Origin: Spirochaetia bacterium
Lineage (GTDB): Bacteria; Spirochaetota; Spirochaetia; UBA9216
Assembly: GCA_965140585.1 (NCBI GenBank)
Contig: OZ223265.1
Span: forward strand, 160,001-224,000
Direction of reading: 5' to 3'
Length of the DNA stretch: 64,000 bases
Shown here: in pieces, positions 51,830 through 60,751 of the stretch
Layout: every line of letters starts with the position of its first letter
Position numbering within the stretch: the stretch's first letter is position 1
The notes under the pieces: generated by a model
Database searches by the model: none
Told to the model about the DNA's origin: nothing
The model's input: only the letters and a program-made list of their open reading frames with translations
Made by a program: the position numbers and the translations under genes

Positions 51830-53536
51830 ATGTACAAAATTGCGGATACCTGTGTCGGATGCCACAACTGTGCTATGGAATGCCCCATGCAGGCCATAAA
51901 CTATGCAGGTCTTAAGTATGAAATAGATCAGGATAAATGCGTTGAATGCGGGTTATGCGAAAAACTCTGTCATACAGCAAGCATAAAAGATATTGATGCG
52001 GATGTTATAATAGAAAAACACGAACCCTTTGATATGGAATGCGATCTGGTTGTCTGCGGATCCGGAACAGGAATGATCGCAGCAGTTAGAGCCGCTCAGA
52101 CCGGCAAAAAGGTCATAGTGCTTGAAAAGTCAAAAAAGACCGGCGGTAATACCGATTACGCTCACATGTTTTTCCCTGTATACACCGAACTTCATAAAAG
52201 AGACAACTTTGAAGATGTAAGGGTAGATGCCGTTGAGGAGTTCTGGAACAGATCAGGCAAAAAAATTGAAAAAGAACTGATTGAAACTGCTGTTTATACC
52301 TCGGGAGAGTTCTTTGACTGGCTGCTTCAGTTCCCGGAGACTGAAAAACATTTTGATATTGTATCTCTGGGCTCACAGAGAAATGTAGGACCGATGTATA
52401 CGTCGGCGATGATTGTTTTTCCCGACCGAATGTATCATAACCTGCTCTGCAGGGATCCGGCTATCGGCCCAGGCTGGGCAGGAACATTCATAAAGTACCA
52501 GATGTTTAAAACAATAAGGGAGCAGAAGCTTAATGTTGAGATAATGACCGAAACCGCAGCAAAACATCTGACTGTTGATGAGAGCGGGGCAGTAACCGGT
52601 GTAACAGCCGAAGATGCAGGCGGAATCATCAACATCAAGGCTAAAGCCGTTGTTCTTGCCACCGGCGGAATGGGAAGAAGCGACGAAAAGCTGCAGAAGT
52701 ATTTCAATTTCTTCGATTGCGAAACCCCTATACACCGCTTCTCAGTGCCCTCAGACACGGGAGATGCAATCGATATGCTGCAGGAACTTGGTGTAGAACC
52801 TGATCCGCAGCGGATGTTCGTATCAACCTTCGGACCGGCTCACCATCCGTTCAGCTACTGTCTTTACAGGATTCTTGAGCACCCTACAAGCCTCTGGATT
52901 AATCTTAACGGAGAACGCTGGCAGGATGAAACCGGTGGACTGATGACAGGAAGATTCACAATTAAGGATCAGCCAAAGGAAATCACCTGGGGCATTTACA
53001 GTCAGGCAGGAATAGACAGGATTGCAGAACAGTACATTAACGATCCGGCGCTGGCTAAGGAAAAAATTGTTTATGAGTGCTATCAGCAGGATCTTGATGA
53101 AGAAATTGCTTTACCGAAACCCCCGGTATACAAGGCGAATACTATTGAAGAACTTGCTGAAAAACTTGGAATAGATTCAGCCAAACTGGCCGAAACTGTA
53201 GAAAAATATAACGGATTCTGTAAAGCAGGCAAGGATGATGAATTCAGCAAGCCAGAGAAAAATCTCATTGAACTTGAAAGCTCTGGCCCTTACTACGCTA
53301 TTTACGGACAGCGCTTTTCTGAAGGAGCCTTCGGCGGATTAAGAGTAAACCCTAAATGCGAGGTAACAAGAGAAGACGGCTCAGTTATTCCGGGACTCTA
53401 CGGTGTAGGTGATGCTACATCAGCAATGCATATTCAGGGAGAACTTGCTCCGATATCAGAATTGACATGGGCTACAGCCTCTTCATTTCTGTCCGGCGGA
53501 AATGCGTCTGAATACATAGATAAGCTGAATAAATAA
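51830..53536 (+). CDS. 2x[4Fe-4S] ferredoxin fused to a flavocytochrome-c-type FAD oxidoreductase
   Basis: CVGCHNCAMECP and CVECGLCEKLC, then DLVVCGSGTG, EK...GGNT, ATGG, TGD, GGLRVN, PGLYGVGD. ATG 51830 has an AGGAG RBS. Confidence 0.88.
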   Translation: MYKIADTCVGCHNCAMECPMQAINYAGLKYEIDQDKCVECGLCEKLCHTASIKDIDADVIIEKHEPFDMECDLVVCGSGTGMIAAVRAAQTGKKVIVLEKSKKTGGNTDYAHMFFPVYTELHKRDNFEDVRVDAVEEFWNRSGKKIEKELIETAVYTSGEFFDWLLQFPETEKHFDIVSLGSQRNVGPMYTSAMIVFPDRMYHNLLCRDPAIGPGWAGTFIKYQMFKTIREQKLNVEIMTETAAKHLTVDESGAVTGVTAEDAGGIINIKAKAVVLATGGMGRSDEKLQKYFNFFDCETPIHRFSVPSDTGDAIDMLQELGVEPDPQRMFVSTFGPAHHPFSYCLYRILEHPTSLWINLNGERWQDETGGLMTGRFTIKDQPKEITWGIYSQAGIDRIAEQYINDPALAKEKIVYECYQQDLDEEIALPKPPVYKANTIEELAEKLGIDSAKLAETVEKYNGFCKAGKDDEFSKPEKNLIELESSGPYYAIYGQRFSEGAFGGLRVNPKCEVTREDGSVIPGLYGVGDATSAMHIQGELAPISELTWATASSFLSGGNASEYIDKLNK

Positions 53537-53547
53537 CGAGGAAAGCA

Positions 53548-54966
53548 ATGAGTACAAACATAAGAAAACCTGACATGACACCGCAGAAAACCGCAATGCC
53601 GGCTCAGGCTCCGTCAGTCAGAATTGATAATTACAATGAGATTAAAACCGGTTATACCGCCGATCTGGCAGTAATGGAAGCTCTAAGATGCATGAACTGT
53701 CCCGGACAGTACTGCGCGGCAAACTGCCCTATTCATAACCCGATTCCGGAAATAAATAAAAAGATTAGTGAAAAGGATTTCGACGGAGCATGGGAACTGC
53801 TGAATTCGAACAGCCCCCTTCCCGAAGTCTGCAGCAGGGTCTGCGACCAGGCTAAGCAGTGTGAGAGTGAATGCTCCAGAAGCATAAAGCATGAATCAGT
53901 AAGCATTGGTGGACTGGAGCGCTTTCTGGCAGACAGATACGCCGGAAAAAATAACGGAATAAAAATAGCCCCCTCAACAGGAAAAAAGGCAGCCGTTATC
54001 GGCGCGGGGCCCGCCGGAATATCAGCGGCATGGGATCTTATGCGGAATGGACATGCTGTAACAGTTTTTGAAAAACAGGAAGAGCCCGGCGGACTGATGA
54101 TGTACGGAATTCCGAACATGAAGCTCGACAAGGAACTTCTGACAAAGCGTTTTGGTCTGATGAAAGAGATGGGTGTAAAATTCATCTGCTGCACCGAGGT
54201 TTCAAAGGATATTTCGGCAGCGGATCTGCTTAAGGGTTATGATGCGGTACTTGTTGCAATTGGAACTGCAGAAAGCAGAAAGCTTCAGATTCCCGGAAGT
54301 GACGCCGTGGGAATTATTCCTGCGGTTGAATACCTCAAAGCCGGCACTAAGAATGCTATCGAGGATGGATATGTTATTGATCCCGGGCTGAATGCTGCAG
54401 GAAAGAACGTAATAATAATCGGTGCCGGTGATACAGGGACAGACTGTCTGGGAACTGCTGTCCGTCAGGGTGCCGCCTCAGTTTACCAGTTTGAAATAAG
54501 CCCTAAACCGGATGTGGCTCCGGGAGCAGAAAAGCTGCCCTGGAAGGAATGGCCCAAAATCTTCAAGACTGAATACGGTCAGGAAGAAGCTATCAGCAAA
54601 TTCCATGAAGACCCGAGAATTTACAGCATCTTCACTGAAGAAATCATCAAAACCCCTGAAGGAACTGTTGAGGCTGTAAAAACAAAGGATTCCGAGGGTA
54701 CAGAAAAAACATGGAAGGCCGACATGGTCATTACAGCCATGGGTTTCACCGGTCCGGATACCGGAGTACTTAAAGAGCTTGGAATCAGGATCGACAAAAA
54801 GGGAAATATCTCTGCGGATGAAGATGACTACAGCACAGGTGTTGATAAAGTTTTTGCATGCGGTGATGCTCGACGCGGCCAGAGTATGGTTATCTGGGGA
54901 GTTGCGGAAGGAAAAGAGGCAGCAGCTTCGATTGACAGATATCTTTCAGCTGATTCCAAAAATTAA
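53548..54966 (+). CDS. Glutamate synthase beta subunit (GltD)-like NADPH:FeS oxidoreductase
   Basis: RCMNCPGQYCAANCP, CSRVC...CESEC, GAGPAG, GGLMMYGIP, GAGDTGTDC, FACGDARRGQS; no gltB nearby. Confidence 0.88.
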   Translation: MSTNIRKPDMTPQKTAMPAQAPSVRIDNYNEIKTGYTADLAVMEALRCMNCPGQYCAANCPIHNPIPEINKKISEKDFDGAWELLNSNSPLPEVCSRVCDQAKQCESECSRSIKHESVSIGGLERFLADRYAGKNNGIKIAPSTGKKAAVIGAGPAGISAAWDLMRNGHAVTVFEKQEEPGGLMMYGIPNMKLDKELLTKRFGLMKEMGVKFICCTEVSKDISAADLLKGYDAVLVAIGTAESRKLQIPGSDAVGIIPAVEYLKAGTKNAIEDGYVIDPGLNAAGKNVIIIGAGDTGTDCLGTAVRQGAASVYQFEISPKPDVAPGAEKLPWKEWPKIFKTEYGQEEAISKFHEDPRIYSIFTEEIIKTPEGTVEAVKTKDSEGTEKTWKADMVITAMGFTGPDTGVLKELGIRIDKKGNISADEDDYSTGVDKVFACGDARRGQSMVIWGVAEGKEAAASIDRYLSADSKN

Positions 54967-55008
54967 ATAATCAATTTGCTGTATCGATTATCCGGAACAG
55001 CTTCTACC

Positions 55009-56253
55009 CTAAAACGGGGCCGCCTGGCCCCGTTTTTTATTGCTGTATTCCAGTATCCTTAATGAAAAAATAAAAGAAAACATCTCATTTCCTTCATCAA
55101 TTCTGGTATCAAGCAATTCAAGACACCTGTTTATCCGGTATGATACAGTGTTCCTGTGAATTTTCATTATTTCCGCTGTTTTTGAAATACTGCGCAAAGA
55201 CTCGAGATACATGTGCAGTGTCGGAACAAGATCGGTCTTATGCTTGATGTCATAGTCCTCAAGAGCAAGAATTTTACGATGACAGAACTGCTTCAGATCA
55301 TACAGCCCGGACGCAGTATCAAACATATGGTATATGGAATTTTCGTTGTAGGCGAAATACAAACTGCCGTTTTTGAGCGTTGATGCAACATCGAGCATAC
55401 AGCGGGCCTGCTGAAAATGGTCATAAAGCTCGCTCAGATCGGGAAAGCTCCTGCTTATTCCGGCTATCAGGTTATGCTTCTTCAGAAGATCAGTCATCCC
55501 CGGATCCTCATTCTCCCAGTCGCTTATCCAGTTTTCTGAATTATAGACTCTGACTATCAGATTGTTGTAAATCATAGTCCTGCAGCAATTTGTATACTGA
55601 AAGGCGTGAATAATATCCTTGATAGGAGCGGTCTCCTGATCTTTCCTTGAACATATAACTATTACATAATTATAGGGGCGGCTGTTCCAGTCGAGAATTT
55701 TAATATATTCCTGCATGGCCTCACTAGGCACCTTTTCATTATTCAGAAGTCGGATAAGGAAGTTTTCAACAGATCTTTTATTTGATGAAATATTGTAATT
55801 TCTGCGTTGAAGCTGAACGATGGCATAGTAGGAAAGGATTTCCATCAGCTCAATATCTTCTTCTTTAAACGGCCTGCAGTAGGCCGGGGAGATCATTGTG
55901 CCTACATGGACACCGCCCACAGTGAGTGTTTTTATAAGCCTGGGAATAGGAAGATGGCTGTCTTCAACTATTACCGGGAGATGGCTTTTTATTGAGCCCA
56001 TATGGGCGGATTCAACCTCTTTAATCTGCGCCTGCCTAAGAGGCTGCTGACCGCCCTCATCGATGATAGTCTGTCTCCATGAAGGGTCTTCTATCTGAAC
56101 ATTTTTTGAATATGCAAGCTTGACCTGAGCCCTGTCTTCGATAAATACCGGGTTGCCAAGCACTTCGTAGGCCAGGTCTGCAATTCCCTGCAGAGAAGAA
56201 ATCTGCGTTCCCCTGCACAGCAGTGAACACAGCTCTTTTGTTTCTTCAACCAT
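55009..56253 (-). CDS. PucR/CdaR-family transcriptional regulator
   Basis: GISRSF, YD...TDLVPTLHMYL...TAEIMKIHRNTVSYRINR HTH. Confidence 0.9.
   Translation of the reverse strand: MVEETKELCSLLCRGTQISSLQGIADLAYEVLGNPVFIEDRAQVKLAYSKNVQIEDPSWRQTIIDEGGQQPLRQAQIKEVESAHMGSIKSHLPVIVEDSHLPIPRLIKTLTVGGVHVGTMISPAYCRPFKEEDIELMEILSYYAIVQLQRRNYNISSNKRSVENFLIRLLNNEKVPSEAMQEYIKILDWNSRPYNYVIVICSRKDQETAPIKDIIHAFQYTNCCRTMIYNNLIVRVYNSENWISDWENEDPGMTDLLKKHNLIAGISRSFPDLSELYDHFQQARCMLDVASTLKNGSLYFAYNENSIYHMFDTASGLYDLKQFCHRKILALEDYDIKHKTDLVPTLHMYLESLRSISKTAEIMKIHRNTVSYRINRCLELLDTRIDEGNEMFSFIFSLRILEYSNKKRGQAAPF
55011..55038 (+). terminator. Terminator of the ferredoxin-flavoprotein/GltD-like operon, inside the regulator's last codons
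   Basis: AAAACGGGGCC-gcct-GGCCCCGTTTT followed by further Ts. Confidence 0.75.
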
Positions 56254-56337
56254 CAGTGGACCTCCCGAATTCTATCATTACAAATGTCATATTGTATACA
56301 AGCAAACGATATCATATATGTAATCATCTATAAAGAT

Positions 56338-56368
56338 AAAAAAAAGGCACCGTATAAAAACGATGCCT
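56338..56368 (-). terminator. clpB terminator
   Basis: AGGCATCGT/ACGGTGCCT stem (one G-U pair) followed by a U-tract on the minus strand. Confidence 0.75.
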
Positions 56369-56389
56369 GAAAGTTCAGAATTATATATT

Positions 56390-58960
56390 TCAGCTGAATG
56401 AAAGAACTCCGTCAATCACAGATACATTAACCGTATCGCCTTCCTTTATTTCTCCGGCCAGCATTTTCTTTGCCATAGGGTTCTGCAGAAGATTCTGAAT
56501 GGTCCTCTTCAGCGGCCTTGCCCCGAAAGCAGGGTCGAAACCCTCCTTCGAAAGAAGATCAACTGCTTCATCACTTATCTGAAGGCTTATTTTCTTATCC
56601 TCAAGCCTCTTTATCAGAATTTTAAGCTGGATGCTTACGATCTTATGTATCTGATCCTGACCAAGCCGTTTGAATGAAATAATTTCATCGATGCGGTTAA
56701 GGAACTCCGGTTTGAAGGTCGACTTAAGCAGCCTGTCGATATCGCCCCGGACATCGTCAGGATTGTCAGCCTGAAGCAGCAGTTCGCTTCCGAGGTTGCT
56801 TGTCATGATAATGATCGCATTGCGGAAGTCCACTACCCTTCCCTGGCTGTCTGTAAGACGGCCGTCATCAAGCATCTGCAGGAGGATGTTGAATACATCA
56901 GGATGAGCCTTCTCAATTTCATCGAAAAGGACAACCGAATACGGTCTTCTCCTGACTGCTTCAGTCAGCTGTCCGCCCTCATCATAGCCGACATATCCCG
57001 GAGGGGCACCAATCAGTCTTGAGACCGAGAACTTCTCCATGTATTCGCTCATGTCGATTCTTGTTAGAGCCTTCTCATCACTGAACAGAAACTCGGCCAG
57101 AGTTTTTGCGAGCTCGGTCTTGCCTACGCCTGTTGGACCGATAAAGATGAATGAACCAAGCGGTCTTGAATCATCTGAAAGGCCGGTTTTGTTACGGCGG
57201 ATAGCATCCGAGACGGCTTCAATTGCAGTATCCTGACCTACGACTCTCTGCTCGAGTATCTCTTCAAGCTTAAGATACTTCTCCATTTCAGATGCAAGCA
57301 TCTTTGAAACGGGGATTCCGGTCCATGTTGAAACAACGCGGGCGATATCCTCTTCTTCGACTTCCTCACGCAGGAGACTGTTCCCCTTCTGCAGCCCCTC
57401 AAGAGCCTCGCTTTTTTCCTTAATAAGGGCCTGTTTTCCAGGTATAAGACCATGCTTTATTTCAGCAGCCCTGCTGAGATTACCTTCACGCTCGTAACGC
57501 ACTTCATCTATTTTGAGCTCTTCGAGTTCGGCTTTAAGGGCCCGGATCTCATCGATTATATTCTTCTCATTCTGCCACTGCAGAAACATAGCATCACGCT
57601 TTGTTTTGAGTTTAGAAAGGTCCTTCTCGATATTCTTCAGTCTTTCAGCCGAGGCATCGTCTTCTTCGCGGGAAAGTGCCTGCTTCTCAATATTGAGCTG
57701 CAGAATCTTTCGCTCAATCTGGTCAAGTTCGGTCGGCTGGCTTTCAATCTCCATCTTTAGCCGGCTTGCCGCCTCATCAACCAGATCGATGGCCTTATCA
57801 GGCAGAAACCGCGATGTGACATAGCGGTCGGAAAGGACTGCGGCTGCAATTAGAGCTTCATCCTTGATCCGTACACCGTGGTGGACTTCGTAACGCTCCT
57901 GCAGTCCGCGGAGAATTGAAATTGAGTCCTCAACCGAGGGTTCCTTTGTGAATACCGGCTGAAAACGCCTTTCAAGCGCCGGGTCTTTTTCTATGTGCTT
58001 GCGGTATTCGTCGAGGGTTGTAGCGCCCACTGCATGAAGTTCTCCGCGTGCGAGTGCGGGCTTCAGGAGGTTTGACGCGTCGGTAGAGCCTTCGGCCGCA
58101 CCTGCGCCCACGAGGGTATGAAGCTCATCAATAAAGAGGATGATTTCGCCCTCAGCCTCGGCAATCTCTGCGATTACAGCCTTGAGCCTTTCCTCAAACT
58201 CTCCACGGAATTTAGCGCCTGCGATAAGGGCACCGAGATCCAATGCAAGCAGCTTCTTGTTCTTGAGAGAATCGGGGACATCCCCGGATATAATCCGTCC
58301 TGCAAGGCCCTCGGCAATAGCAGTCTTACCTACTCCTGGTTCACCGATGAGAACGGGGTTATTCTTTGTCCTTCTGGAAAGAACCTGCATTACACGCCGG
58401 ATTTCTTCATCGCGCCCGATTACCGGGTCAAGTTTTCCTTTCTTTGCCAGCTCTGTGAGGTCTTTGCAGTATTTCTGCAGAACCTGGTATCTTTCTTCTG
58501 GGTTCTGATCTGTTACACGCTGGTTTCCTCTTAGAGCTTTGAGTGACCCCAGCACTGCATCACGGCTTACGCCTGCTCTTTTAAGAACGGCCGCCGTCTG
58601 ACTGTCTGTACCAAGAATACTCAGCAGGATATGTTCAGAGCTGGTAAACTCATCCTTCAGTTTATGGGATTCCTTTTCAGCCTGGGCAATAACATTGCTC
58701 AGGGCAGGAACAAGCCCTACCTGGGCGCTGTCGCCGTAAACCTTAGGTGTTTTTTCCAGAATCTGTTCAATTTCAGAGAGAATTATCGCCTTATCGGCTC
58801 CGATCCGGTCAAGGAGGGGCGGGATAACACCCCCTTCCTGCTCTAACAGAGCCTTGAAGAAATGAGGTATATCTATCCCTGTATGGTTATAGTCTCTAGC
58901 AATTGAATCCGCTTCCTGGAGCGCTTCCTGTACCTTAAGAGTTAATTTATCGTATCTCAT
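56390..58960 (-). CDS. clpB: Chaperone ClpB
   Basis: Clp-N domain, GEPGVGKT, coiled-coil M domain, [22 protein letters not shown]; 856 aa. Confidence 0.97.
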   Translation of the reverse strand: MRYDKLTLKVQEALQEADSIARDYNHTGIDIPHFFKALLEQEGGVIPPLLDRIGADKAIILSEIEQILEKTPKVYGDSAQVGLVPALSNVIAQAEKESHKLKDEFTSSEHILLSILGTDSQTAAVLKRAGVSRDAVLGSLKALRGNQRVTDQNPEERYQVLQKYCKDLTELAKKGKLDPVIGRDEEIRRVMQVLSRRTKNNPVLIGEPGVGKTAIAEGLAGRIISGDVPDSLKNKKLLALDLGALIAGAKFRGEFEERLKAVIAEIAEAEGEIILFIDELHTLVGAGAAEGSTDASNLLKPALARGELHAVGATTLDEYRKHIEKDPALERRFQPVFTKEPSVEDSISILRGLQERYEVHHGVRIKDEALIAAAVLSDRYVTSRFLPDKAIDLVDEAASRLKMEIESQPTELDQIERKILQLNIEKQALSREEDDASAERLKNIEKDLSKLKTKRDAMFLQWQNEKNIIDEIRALKAELEELKIDEVRYEREGNLSRAAEIKHGLIPGKQALIKEKSEALEGLQKGNSLLREEVEEEDIARVVSTWTGIPVSKMLASEMEKYLKLEEILEQRVVGQDTAIEAVSDAIRRNKTGLSDDSRPLGSFIFIGPTGVGKTELAKTLAEFLFSDEKALTRIDMSEYMEKFSVSRLIGAPPGYVGYDEGGQLTEAVRRRPYSVVLFDEIEKAHPDVFNILLQMLDDGRLTDSQGRVVDFRNAIIIMTSNLGSELLLQADNPDDVRGDIDRLLKSTFKPEFLNRIDEIISFKRLGQDQIHKIVSIQLKILIKRLEDKKISLQISDEAVDLLSKEGFDPAFGARPLKRTIQNLLQNPMAKKMLAGEIKEGDTVNVSVIDGVLSFS

Positions 58961-59060
58961 AATGATAAAATAATTAGAAGTTTAGAAAGCGTCAAATAAT
59001 TTTATTTTGATAATAAATAAAGTTCTTTACAAAGCATGTACGGCATAATATGTTTCTTAG

Positions 59061-59726
59061 GTGACAATCCTTATTGTAAACATACTTCTGGCAGTTATTC
59101 CCGCGGTGCTTCTGATGATTTATTTCTATCGGAAGGATAAGAAGCCTGAACCGGCTGTACTTATCTGGAAGGTTTTTATAATAGGATTTTTCTCTGTCAT
59201 TCCTGCCGGACTGATCGAACATTTTATCGAGCCGTTTACCTACATCAGCGATCCTCTAACAGCTATATTTGCCAGAGCCTTCATTATGGCGGCGCTTGTT
59301 GAAGAAACGACAAAGCTTCTAGTTGTAAAAACCTTTGTTTATAATAAACCGCAGTTTGATGAGATTACAGACGGGGTTGTGTACGCAATTACCGCAAGTA
59401 TGGGTTTTGCCTGCTTTGAAAACATACTCTACAGCTCCGGAGGAACAGCAGTGGTTTTGGTAAGGGCATTCACTGCCGTACCTCTGCATGCAGTTGCCTC
59501 GGGAATAATGGGCTACTATATTGGACTCAGCAAGTTCAGACAGAAGAAGGATATGTATGCCGGACTGATTTACGCGGTTATAATTCACGGGCTTTACGAT
59601 TTTTTCCTTTTCACAGGAACGGTGCTCAGTTTCCTGGTTATTCCACTGCTTCTGATATGCGGAATAATCCTTAAAAAACTGCTTAACCGGGCGATTCAGT
59701 CCGACCTGTTAAACGGCCGCAGCTGA
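59061..59726 (+). CDS. prsW: PrsW-family intramembrane metalloprotease
   Basis: EETTK, GFACFEN, PLH, HGLYD motifs. Confidence 0.88.
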   Translation: MTILIVNILLAVIPAVLLMIYFYRKDKKPEPAVLIWKVFIIGFFSVIPAGLIEHFIEPFTYISDPLTAIFARAFIMAALVEETTKLLVVKTFVYNKPQFDEITDGVVYAITASMGFACFENILYSSGGTAVVLVRAFTAVPLHAVASGIMGYYIGLSKFRQKKDMYAGLIYAVIIHGLYDFFLFTGTVLSFLVIPLLLICGIILKKLLNRAIQSDLLNGRS

Positions 59727-59771
59727 GTATCCACCGTTTAAAAACTATTTAATTCTTTTTACAGGAAATGG

Positions 59772-59800
59772 TTGACAGAATCCCGTAATACCATTATATT
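59772..59800 (+). promoter_or_regulatory. Sigma70 promoter for tRNA-fMet
   Basis: TTGACA-N17-TATATT. Confidence 0.8.
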
Positions 59801-59815
59801 CCTCATACACTACGA

Positions 59816-59888
59816 CGCAGGGTAGAGCAGCTGGCAGCTCGTCGGGCTCATAACCCGGAGGTCGCAGGTTCGAATCCTGTCCCTGCTA
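59816..59888 (+). tRNA. trnM: Initiator tRNA-fMet(CAT)
   Basis: C1:U72 mismatch, GGG/CCC anticodon stem around CTCATAA, GTTCGAATC T-loop. Confidence 0.96.
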
Positions 59889-59896
59889 AATTGTTT

Positions 59897-59930
59897 AACG
59901 GTTGTCCCTAATAAGGATGACCGTTTTTTT
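59897..59930 (+). terminator. tRNA-fMet terminator
   Basis: AACGGTTGTCC/GGATGACCGTT stem (with G-U pairs) followed by a T-run. Confidence 0.8.
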
Positions 59931-59936
59931 ATGTCA

Positions 59937-60067
59937 GATTCGAACCGGAATGAGCGCCGAGCGAAAGCGGGGGAAGTCCGACACGAAGTCGGACGCCAGC
60001 GAATGAAGGCGGCCTGGAATGTTGAGGCAGGAGGCCGAGACATGTAAGGCGAATCCTGTCCCTGCTA
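59937..60067 (+). mobile_element. tRNA-associated structured element / att-site remnant with a duplicated tRNA 3' end
   Basis: Begins with GATTCGAACC (reverse complement of tRNA 59867-59876). Ends with an 18-bp exact copy (60050-60067) of tRNA 59871-59888. GC-rich hairpins lie inside. Confidence 0.65.
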
Positions 60068-60131
60068 TAGTTTGAAGTTTATTCGGTTTTGACGAATAAA
60101 CTTTTTTTATACCCTGAAACAAAGAGGTAGT

Positions 60132-60575
60132 ATGAAATATCCTGAAGTAACAGTAAGTGCCGTAATCTTTAATCCGGAAAACGAAATTTTACTCTGCAGA
60201 TCTCATAAATGGGATAACAAATATATAATTCCCGGAGGACATGTAGAGTATGGTGAAAAACTTGAAGAAGCATTGAAACGAGAGATTCTTGAAGAAACCG
60301 GTTTATCTATATTTAACATCAAGCTGCTGGGAATTAAGGAATGTTTTTACAGCAATGAATTTTATAAGGACAGACATTTCATTTTTATTGACTACAGATG
60401 CGACTCAAAAAGCTCGGACGTTATTCTGAATGATGAAGCGGAAGAATATGTCTGGACAAAATTATCAGATTTTTCAAAATATGAATTAGGCGGATTCACC
60501 GGCTCTCTGCTGAAGAAATTAACAGAAAAAGGTGATCATTCAAATTTAGAAAGTATTTATTATAACTACGATTAG
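60132..60575 (+). CDS. NUDIX hydrolase
   Basis: Nudix box GGHVEYGEKLEEALKREILEETGL. Confidence 0.93.
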   Translation: MKYPEVTVSAVIFNPENEILLCRSHKWDNKYIIPGGHVEYGEKLEEALKREILEETGLSIFNIKLLGIKECFYSNEFYKDRHFIFIDYRCDSKSSDVILNDEAEEYVWTKLSDFSKYELGGFTGSLLKKLTEKGDHSNLESIYYNYD

Positions 60576-60705
60576 AAAAACTCCTATAGAAAATCCTGGA
60601 ACAGTAGATACCCGAATCTGCAGTATTCTTGTAATACGATAAATTTACAAGAATCTATCATTTTGAGTCTAATTATGAATAATAATCAATTTTTCAGATA
60701 AAAAC

Positions 60706-60734
60706 TTGAACACCTTTATCTCATTTCCTATCAT
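60706..60734 (+). promoter_or_regulatory. Putative sigma70 promoter for the MCP gene
   Basis: TTGAAC-N17-TATCAT. Confidence 0.45.
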
Positions 60735-60751
60735 TGTAAAAAGGTGTAAAT

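Noticed and set aside
53548-54966. Calling this gene gltD (true glutamate synthase)
   Set aside because: No gltB in the window and it is coupled to a different flavoprotein, so the symbol is withheld.
58961-59060. CIRCE or CtsR heat-shock operator upstream of clpB
   Set aside because: No TTAGCACTC-N9-GAGTGCTAA or convincing CtsR repeat; only a short TTAGAA direct repeat.
59937-60067. Second tRNA gene, tmRNA or intron-split tRNA
   Set aside because: No 5' acceptor strand, D-arm or anticodon arm to pair with the duplicated 3' end, and too short for tmRNA or a group I intron.
59810-60122. ORFs 59810-60043 and 59934-60122 on the minus strand
   Set aside because: They overlap the tRNA and the structured element and have no protein-like features.
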